Shown here in pieces: positions 57,959 to 64,000 of a stretch of DNA of 64,000 nt. The DNA comes from Candidatus Puniceispirillaceae bacterium. GTDB lineage: Bacteria; Pseudomonadota; Alphaproteobacteria; Puniceispirillales; Puniceispirillaceae. Numbering within the stretch: the stretch's first letter is position 1; every line of letters starts with the position of its first letter. The DNA lies in NCBI GenBank assembly GCA_965657415.1, contig CBFHNZ010000003.1, positions 7,621 to 71,620 of the forward strand. The letters run 5' to 3'. Made by a program: the position numbers and the translations under genes. The notes beneath the pieces were generated by a model that was given only the letters and a program-made list of their open reading frames with translations, made no database searches and was not told the DNA's origin.

Positions 57959-58750
57959 ATGCTGATTCTCTATCACGGTGCCAATTCCGTCTGTTCCATC
58001 AAGGTGCGGATCGTGCTGGCGGAAAAGGCGCTGGAATGGGAGGGGCGACATATCGACCTACCAAAGGGCGAACAGTTCCATCCCGATTTTCTGAAGGTCA
58101 ATCCGCGTGCCATCGTGCCAGTGCTGGACCATGATGGGGAGTTGATCCACGAATCAAGCGTCATCAGCGAATATCTTGACGGGTTGTCTGCACATAACAG
58201 GCTGTTGCCAGGCGATCCGGTGGCGCAGGCGCGGACCCGGATCTGGGGGCTGAACACGCTGGAATATCATGACAGTGTGAACACGCTGACATTCTCCAGC
58301 TATCAGCGGCAGATGCTGATGGCGAAATCGCCAGAGGAGTTGCAGGCGCGCTGGGACGCGATGCCGGATAAGATCAGGGTGCGCAAGACCCTCGATCTGA
58401 TGGCGCATGGCGCACAGTCCGATTATGTGCCGGTGGCGCTGTCGCGGCTGCAGCGCATGTGTGCCGAGATGGAAGATCAGCTTGCCGTGCATGACTGGTT
58501 GATGGGGCCTGATTACGGCCTCGCAGACGCGCTGGTCACCGCCTACTTCTTCCGCCTCGAATGTATCGGGCTGGCACGGTTGTGGGAGTCACGATTCCCG
58601 CGCGTGACCGACTGGTATGCGCGGATCTGTGAGCGCCCCTCGCTGGCGGCGGCGACAGCGCCCTGGCTGGATGAGGCGGCCATCGACAAGATCAGGCAGG
58701 TCGGCCGCAAGACCTTTATCGAGGATGCCGATTTCCCGGATTATCTCTAG
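57959..58750 (+). CDS. Glutathione S-transferase family protein
   Basis: LYH..SVCSIKVR..LAEK, EQFHPDFLKVNP..VPVL, ESSVISEYLD, WLMG.DYGLAD. Confidence 0.9.
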   Translation: MLILYHGANSVCSIKVRIVLAEKALEWEGRHIDLPKGEQFHPDFLKVNPRAIVPVLDHDGELIHESSVISEYLDGLSAHNRLLPGDPVAQARTRIWGLNTLEYHDSVNTLTFSSYQRQMLMAKSPEELQARWDAMPDKIRVRKTLDLMAHGAQSDYVPVALSRLQRMCAEMEDQLAVHDWLMGPDYGLADALVTAYFFRLECIGLARLWESRFPRVTDWYARICERPSLAAATAPWLDEAAIDKIRQVGRKTFIEDADFPDYL

Positions 58751-58805
58751 GCCGGTCTTTTACCTCAGGCCGGTCTTTTACTTCCATTTGCCCTATTTCC
58801 ATTTG
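58749..58805. repeat. Adjacent 18-bp duplication (AGGCCGGTCTTTTAC..) and 15-bp-period duplication of the thioredoxin C-terminal K-W-K-stop
   Basis: 18-mers at 58749 and 58767; minus strand reads ATC AAA TGG AAA TAG then GGC AAA TGG AAG TAA. Confidence 0.8.
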
Positions 58806-59350
58806 ATCGAGCATCCCATCGATGCCGTCTGCTCGGCCGGTCCGGTGCCGGTCCGTGCCACCTGCCGCATTGCCATCAGCAATTCGGCCGTGCGGTGGCT
58901 GGCATCTCCGCGCGCGGCATCATCCAACCGGCCGCGATATTGCAATTCACCGGCGGCGTTCAGGCCAAAGAAATCGGGCGTGCAGATAGCACCCCAGGCG
59001 CGCGCCACTTCCTGCGTCTCGTCGATCAGATAGGGAAAGCCGAAACCATGCCGGATCGCAAAGTCGCGCATCCTTGGCGGGCTGTCATCGGGGTGTGTTG
59101 CGTAATTATTCGGCATGATGGCCACGGTGTTGATGCCGTCCTCTTGCAATGCTGCCGCGTCGGCGACAAGCCGGTCGATCACCGCTTTGACATAGGGGCA
59201 GTGATTGCAGATGAAGGCGACGAGCAGGCCGTTCTCGCCCATCAGACTGTCCTGACTGTGGCTGGCACCGTCAGCGTCGGACAGGGTGAAGGCCGGTGCC
59301 TTCCAGCCGAAATCGCAGATCGGGGTGTCAAGCAGCATGTCGTCCTCCAT
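58793..59350 (-). CDS. Thioredoxin-like AhpC/TSA (PRX-like) protein
   Basis: FICNHCPYV, FPYLIDETQEVA..WGAICTPDFF, YRGRLD, SMGCSIKWK. Confidence 0.9.
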   Translation of the reverse strand: MEDDMLLDTPICDFGWKAPAFTLSDADGASHSQDSLMGENGLLVAFICNHCPYVKAVIDRLVADAAALQEDGINTVAIMPNNYATHPDDSPPRMRDFAIRHGFGFPYLIDETQEVARAWGAICTPDFFGLNAAGELQYRGRLDDAARGDASHRTAELLMAMRQVARTGTGPAEQTASMGCSIKWK

Positions 59351-59416
59351 CTTTATCGGTCGCAGGTAAGCATCCCCGCAATCTTTCGCAAGCCTGGTGC
59401 CGGGTTTGTGACCTGC

Positions 59417-60502
59417 CTACAGCGTTACCGCCATGCCGGTGCGCGCCGATTCCTGTGCCGCCTGGCCCATGCGCACCGCCCAGATTCCGTCATCCAACCC
59501 GACCTCGACCTGCCCGTCACCGCGCACCACCTGAAGGAACTTCTGATGCTGGTGATAGGTCGACCCGTTATGGTCGCCGGCGGCAAGGATGGTGGCATCC
59601 ACCGGCACCTCGGTTGTCACCGGGGCGCAGGGATGGCGCGGGCTTTCGACGATATGCGGGACCGGGCGCCGGTCCTCGGGCCCGGACCAGAACCTCGCCG
59701 GACCGGGGATTTTGACTTCCAGCTTGCCGTCCGGCCCAATGGCATGAACCATTTCCTGATATTCCGATCCTTCGGCGAACATCGACAACTCCAGCATCGC
59801 CCGTGCGCCATTTGCGAAATCGACGATGACATAGCCGCAATCCCAGATATCGGGCGCCGCGCCGTCATAGCGCTCATCACGATGGTTCACCTCCTGCCCG
59901 CCACTGGCCATGATGCGGACCGGATCGGCGCCCAGGATCAGCCGCATGAGGTCGAAGAAGTGACAACATTTCTCGACATAGGTACCACCGGAATTCGCAT
60001 TGAACCGGTTCCAGTTGCCGACCTTGCCAAGGAAGGGATAACGGTGTTCGACAATGCTCAGCATCCGGATGCCGCCCGTCGCTGCGCCGACCTGTTCAAG
60101 GAAGTGCTGCATCGGCGGCATGTAGCGATACTCCATCGCTACCCAGACCGGGGCCGCATAGCTGTCGCGGAACGCCCTGATGGCAGCAAGGTCAGCGGGA
60201 TCGGTGAAAAGCGGCTTTTCAACCAGAATCGGCAGGCTGACAGCATTCGCAATCATCTGTAGCTGTCCGGTGTGGCAATGATTTGGGCTGGCAATCAGAA
60301 GGCAGTCCAGCCGGTCATGCGCCAGCAGCGCTTCGACACTGTCGACCAGTGTGGCACCTGGCGCGGCGGCGGCGGCGGCGGCGGCCATCTCCGGGTCAGG
60401 CTCAAAAATGACGCTGGCAGCGGCATCCTGCATTAATGCGATATTGGCCAGATGTTCGCGGCCCATCATGCCGCAGCCGATCACCCCATAATGAACTGTC
60501 AT
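59417..60502 (-). CDS. Gfo/Idh/MocA family oxidoreductase
   Basis: YGVIGCGMMG, IASPNHCH, VEKPL, EKCCHFFDL. Confidence 0.9.
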   Translation of the reverse strand: MTVHYGVIGCGMMGREHLANIALMQDAAASVIFEPDPEMAAAAAAAAPGATLVDSVEALLAHDRLDCLLIASPNHCHTGQLQMIANAVSLPILVEKPLFTDPADLAAIRAFRDSYAAPVWVAMEYRYMPPMQHFLEQVGAATGGIRMLSIVEHRYPFLGKVGNWNRFNANSGGTYVEKCCHFFDLMRLILGADPVRIMASGGQEVNHRDERYDGAAPDIWDCGYVIVDFANGARAMLELSMFAEGSEYQEMVHAIGPDGKLEVKIPGPARFWSGPEDRRPVPHIVESPRHPCAPVTTEVPVDATILAAGDHNGSTYHQHQKFLQVVRGDGQVEVGLDDGIWAVRMGQAAQESARTGMAVTL

Positions 60503-60526
60503 ATCATTCCGTCCTGTTGCTGCCTC

Positions 60527-60564
60527 TGGCATTTGTGTCTTTTTGGCATTTGTGTCTTTCTGGC
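60527..60564. repeat. 17-bp tandem duplication (TGGCATTTGTGTCTTTT/C) between gntR and Gfo/Idh/MocA genes
   Basis: Copies at 60527 and 60544. Confidence 0.85.
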
Positions 60565-60572
60565 GCTATATG

Positions 60573-61307
60573 TCAGGCGCTGTTTGTCTGGCCCTGTCTG
60601 GCGATAAAACGCGCCGTGGCCGGGTCGAACCAGTTGCGCGAGAATTCAACCCGCTGGTCATGCTGTGACCAGCCATATCTTTCCACATATCCGACGATCG
60701 ATCCTGCCGGCAATGGAAATTGATCCACTGTCCAGGCCGGAAGCTCTGCCAGCGCCACGCGATCCTCGGTGCGGGTGATCCACAGACCAAGCTCTTCACG
60801 ATAGAACTGGTAGAGCGATTGCGAGACCCTCGCCGGGTTGATGTTGTCGGCGGCTGCGCCATCAAGCCAGATTTCCTCAATCGCCATCGGAATATTGTCG
60901 AGAAAGCGAAGCCGGCGGAACCGATAGCCGTCATTGCCGGTGCCGAATGCCGGCAGGTCGACTGGCTTGCGCATCCTCTCGCATGACAGCAGCCGCGCCG
61001 AGGGCAGACCGCCGCCATCTGGCCGTTCCAGCCTGAACAGCGAATAGAGCGAGGCCGCGCGACCGCTGCGGCGGATATAGTTGCCTGATCCCTGACGCCG
61101 GTCGAGATGCCCCATTTCAGTCAGGCGGGCCAGAGACTTGCGGAGCGTTCCAACCGCAACGCCGTGCTGATGTGCCATTTCACGCTCGGGCGGCAGGCGT
61201 TGTCCTTCGGTCAGCAGGCCGGCCTCTATCTGCCGCGCGACAAGCTCGGCAATCTGAATATAGACCGGCAGCGCGCCCTGTTCAGAGATCGAGGATTCTT
61301 CGTTCAT
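60573..61307 (-). CDS. GntR/HutC-family (UTRA) transcriptional regulator
   Basis: LPVYIQIAE, QRLPPERE, VAVGTLRKSL, RRQGSGNY, SLYQFYRE. Confidence 0.9.
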   Translation of the reverse strand: MNEESSISEQGALPVYIQIAELVARQIEAGLLTEGQRLPPEREMAHQHGVAVGTLRKSLARLTEMGHLDRRQGSGNYIRRSGRAASLYSLFRLERPDGGGLPSARLLSCERMRKPVDLPAFGTGNDGYRFRRLRFLDNIPMAIEEIWLDGAAADNINPARVSQSLYQFYREELGLWITRTEDRVALAELPAWTVDQFPLPAGSIVGYVERYGWSQHDQRVEFSRNWFDPATARFIARQGQTNSA

Positions 61308-61313
61308 AATGCC

Positions 61314-61344
61314 AAATTGATACACCATTGATTAATATCTTGAT
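61314..61344. promoter_or_regulatory. AT-rich divergent promoter with three TTGAT direct repeats at 11-12 bp spacing
   Basis: TTGAT at 61317, 61328, 61340 between gntR and LLM genes. Confidence 0.35.
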
Positions 61345-61378
61345 AGGTGCTTCCATTGGCGCTGACAAGAGGTGAGAT

Positions 61379-62536
61379 ATGACAGTTGTTCCCATCACAA
61401 GTTCGGACCTCGACGCGGCGGAGATCAGTTTCTTCTCGGCGCTCTGTTCGGACGATTTCCAGCATCTTGGTGTGCCGGATGGTGCGCTGCGGTCAAGCTG
61501 GGCACATTGCTCGGAAATTGTGAGGCGCGCCGAATCCAGCGGTTTCCGGAACATCCTGTGCCCGTCTTCCTATCAGGTCGGGCAGGATACATTGTCCTTT
61601 GTTGCCGGCTGTGCGCCGATTACCAGCAAGATGAACCTTTTGGCGGCCGTCAGGTGCGGTGAGATGCAGCCGATCATGCTGGCGCGGACAATCGCGACGC
61701 TGGATCACATGCTGGAAGGCCGCCTGACAATCAACATCATCAGCTCCGACTTCCCCGGCCAGACCGATGACAGCGCCTATCGGTATCAGCGCTCACGCGA
61801 GGTGGTCGAGATTCTGAAACAGGCATGGACGCAGGATGAGATCAATTATGACGGCGAGATCTACCAATTCGCCGGCCTGACCGCCGACCCGGCAAAGCCT
61901 TATCAGCAGAATGGCGGCCCGCTATTGTATTTCGGCGGTTATTCGCCGGCCGCGGTCGAGCTGTGCGCGCAGCATTGCGATGTCTATCTGATGTGGCCGG
62001 AATCGCGTGAGGATCTGGCGGCGCGGATGACAACGGTGAATGAACGCGCGGCGGCGCATGGCCGGACGCTGGATTACGGGCTTCGCGTTCATATGATTGT
62101 CCGCGAAACGGAAGTCGAGGCCCGCGAATATGCGGAGGAGCTTGTCTCGAAACTGGATGACGAGGCCGGTCGCGCGATTCGCGAACGCGCGCTCGACAGC
62201 ACGTCGCTTGGTGTGGCGCGCCAGGCCCGTAACCGCGAACTTGCCGATATGGAAGGCTTTATCGAGCCGCATCTGTGGACCGGTGTCGGTCGCGCGCGGT
62301 CGGGGTGCGGCGCGGCGCTCGTCGGCTCGGCCGACCAGATCCTGTCCGAGATTGAGAGCTATCAGAAGATGGGTATGCGAAGCTTTATCTTTTCCGGCTA
62401 TCCGCATCTGGACGAATGCGATTACATTGGCAAGCTTGTCTTGCCGGAAGTGAATACCTGTTCACTGCCACATGAATATGGGCGCGTGCCGGCATCAACG
62501 CCGGCAACACCGCTTGGCGTAGGAGAAAGAGCCTGA
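61379..62536 (+). CDS. LLM-class flavin-dependent monooxygenase (SsuD-like)
   Basis: AESSGFRNILCPS, LARTIATLDH..GRL.INI, LYFGGYS.A, DVYLMW, ALVGS.DQI, FIFSGYPHL. Confidence 0.88.
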   Translation: MTVVPITSSDLDAAEISFFSALCSDDFQHLGVPDGALRSSWAHCSEIVRRAESSGFRNILCPSSYQVGQDTLSFVAGCAPITSKMNLLAAVRCGEMQPIMLARTIATLDHMLEGRLTINIISSDFPGQTDDSAYRYQRSREVVEILKQAWTQDEINYDGEIYQFAGLTADPAKPYQQNGGPLLYFGGYSPAAVELCAQHCDVYLMWPESREDLAARMTTVNERAAAHGRTLDYGLRVHMIVRETEVEAREYAEELVSKLDDEAGRAIRERALDSTSLGVARQARNRELADMEGFIEPHLWTGVGRARSGCGAALVGSADQILSEIESYQKMGMRSFIFSGYPHLDECDYIGKLVLPEVNTCSLPHEYGRVPASTPATPLGVGERA

Positions 62537-63429
62537 TGGAACGTGTTGGCCTCGATGATGATGTGTCCCTGTCCCGCATTGTCTATGGCATGTGGCGGCT
62601 TGGCGATGATTCCGACATCTCGCCGGCGCATGTCCAGGCGAAGATCGAATCCTGTCTTGCCCAGGGCATCACGACAATGGACCAGGCCGCCATCTATGGC
62701 GGTTTCATGGCTGAGGAGATCTTTGGCGATGCGCTTCGTGTCGCGCCGGCGCTGAAGGACAGGATCGAGATTGTCACCAAATGCGACATCGTCGCACCGG
62801 TTGGCCGGCATGCGGCGGCGCGGGTAAAACATTATGACACCAGCCGGGCGCATATCACCCAATCGGTCGAAACCAGCCTGCGCCTGATGGGAATCGAGGC
62901 CATCGACCTGCTGTTGATCCACCGGCCGGACCCGCTGATGGATCACCATGAGACCGGCGCCACCCTCGATGACCTGGTGACATCGGGCAAGGTGCGCAGC
63001 GTCGGTGTCTCGAATTTCCGCCCCTGGGACTGGGATCTGCTGCAGTCGGCGATGACAACACGGCTTGTGACCAACCAGATCGAAGTCAGCGTTCTGGCAC
63101 ACCACCCCTTCACCAATGGCGATATTGCCTTCCTGCAGCGTCATGGCATCCCGCCGATGGCCTGGTCGCCGCTCGCCGGCGGGGCACTTTTCGCGCCGGA
63201 GAACAAAGCCATGCATGACAGTCTGGCCGCCATCGCGGCGCGCTATGACAGTGACGTGACTTCGCTTGTCGTGGCGTGGTTGATGGCGCATCCGGCGCGG
63301 ATCATGCCGGTGATGGGCACCAACAGCCTGGAGCGCATTGCCAGGTTCGGGGCGGCTGCCGAAATCAGCATCGATCGCGAAACCTGGTATGAAATCTACA
63401 CCATCGCCCTTGGCGAAGAGGTAGCCTAG
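62536..63429 (+). CDS. Aldo/keto reductase (YdhF-like)
   Basis: SRIVYGMWRL, IVTKC, IDLLLIHRPD, GKVRSVGVSNF, NQIE, AWSPLAGG. Confidence 0.9.
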   Translation: MERVGLDDDVSLSRIVYGMWRLGDDSDISPAHVQAKIESCLAQGITTMDQAAIYGGFMAEEIFGDALRVAPALKDRIEIVTKCDIVAPVGRHAAARVKHYDTSRAHITQSVETSLRLMGIEAIDLLLIHRPDPLMDHHETGATLDDLVTSGKVRSVGVSNFRPWDWDLLQSAMTTRLVTNQIEVSVLAHHPFTNGDIAFLQRHGIPPMAWSPLAGGALFAPENKAMHDSLAAIAARYDSDVTSLVVAWLMAHPARIMPVMGTNSLERIARFGAAAEISIDRETWYEIYTIALGEEVA

Positions 63430-63507
63430 CAAATCTTTGGGAGAGTTCGGGTTGTGTCACCTTCAAACAACCGCGCCATGGCGCGCTGCAACGGATTGTG
63501 AGATCTG

Positions 63508-64000
63508 ATGGATTTTCTGTTGATCATCCTGCGGCCCCTGCAATGGCTGAATGATGTGACCGGACGCGTCGGGCGGTGGCTGTCGATTGGTGCGATCGCG
63601 ATCATGGTGGCAGTGATCCTTTTACAGGTTTTCTGCCGCTACATCCTGAACAACGCGCTTCCCTGGCCAGATGAGGCAGCGCGTTTCATGATGTTGTGGC
63701 TGACCGGCCTGATGGCACCGGTTGCCTTTCGCCATGGCGGTATGGTGGCAATCACCGGGATTCTCGAATTGTTGCCGCGCCAACTTGTTTCGGTGATGTC
63801 GCTGCTGCTTCTGGTGATATCGCTGATGGTGCTGGTGGTTGGGGCGCAGCTTGGTCTCAAACATGTTGATTCCGGATGGCTGTTCGCCAGTTCCTCGCTG
63901 AAATTGCCGTTGTTTCTGGTTGGCATGAAATCGGTGAAGATCAAGCTTGCCTGGATGTATATGTCGGTTCTGACGGGCGTCTGTCTGATGATCCTCGTGA
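63508..64000 (+). CDS. dctQ: TRAP transporter small permease (3' truncated by window)
   Basis: Not in ORF track; manual translation MDFLLIILRPLQWLND...QVFCRYILNNALPWPDEAARFMMLW fits DctQ. Confidence 0.85.
   Translation, partial: MDFLLIILRPLQWLNDVTGRVGRWLSIGAIAIMVAVILLQVFCRYILNNALPWPDEAARFMMLWLTGLMAPVAFRHGGMVAITGILELLPRQLVSVMSLLLLVISLMVLVVGAQLGLKHVDSGWLFASSSLKLPLFLVGMKSVKIKLAWMYMSVLTGVCLMILV

Noticed and set aside
58895-60262. 455-aa plus-strand ORF
   Set aside because: Overlaps two well-supported minus-strand genes and has no recognisable domain
60363-60384. (GCG)n run as phase-variation tract
   Set aside because: In-frame poly-Ala codons in a helix-like segment; common in high-GC genes
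1-64000. Mobile elements, prophage, rRNA or tRNA genes
   Set aside because: No transposase, integrase, phage structural gene, terminal inverted repeats or structural RNA signatures seen

Overview
A gene-dense, high-GC (roughly 60-65% by eye) alphaproteobacterial chromosomal segment. Gene content suggests a marine heterotroph (SAR116/Roseobacter-like); this is inference, as no marker gene is present. It holds about 60 CDS, almost all for transport and catabolism of small organics. These include a persulfide dioxygenase-rhodanese fusion, a TctCBA transporter coupled to AtuA-like/DUF4387 genes, an abm-type anthranilate/salicylate CoA pathway with MarR operator, and a peptide ABC cluster with M20 and DmpA hydrolases. 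Further on are a DEDDh exonuclease-CBS-DUF294 nucleotidyltransferase fusion, gntR-tcuAB, a betaine-type island (non-Pyl MttB, DAO oxidase, ProXWV, aldehyde dehydrogenase, degenerate M19 amidohydrolase, 584-aa unknown, DUF3726), a split aconitase X, ureohydrolase+DUF1989, TAXI-TRAP+intradiol dioxygenase+GST, and an LLM monooxygenase/AKR/TRAP unit cut by the window end. No rRNA, tRNA, IS, prophage or CRISPR was seen. Best leads: (1) the ProXWV-linked operon with an unassigned 584-aa protein and neighbouring atypical AcnX; (2) the exonuclease-CBS-nucleotidyltransferase fusion; (3) an unannotated multi-hairpin sRNA at ~460-572; (4) about 14 short (9-18 bp) tandem duplications, mostly at gene starts and stops. 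All product calls are from motif recognition by eye; no database searches were run.
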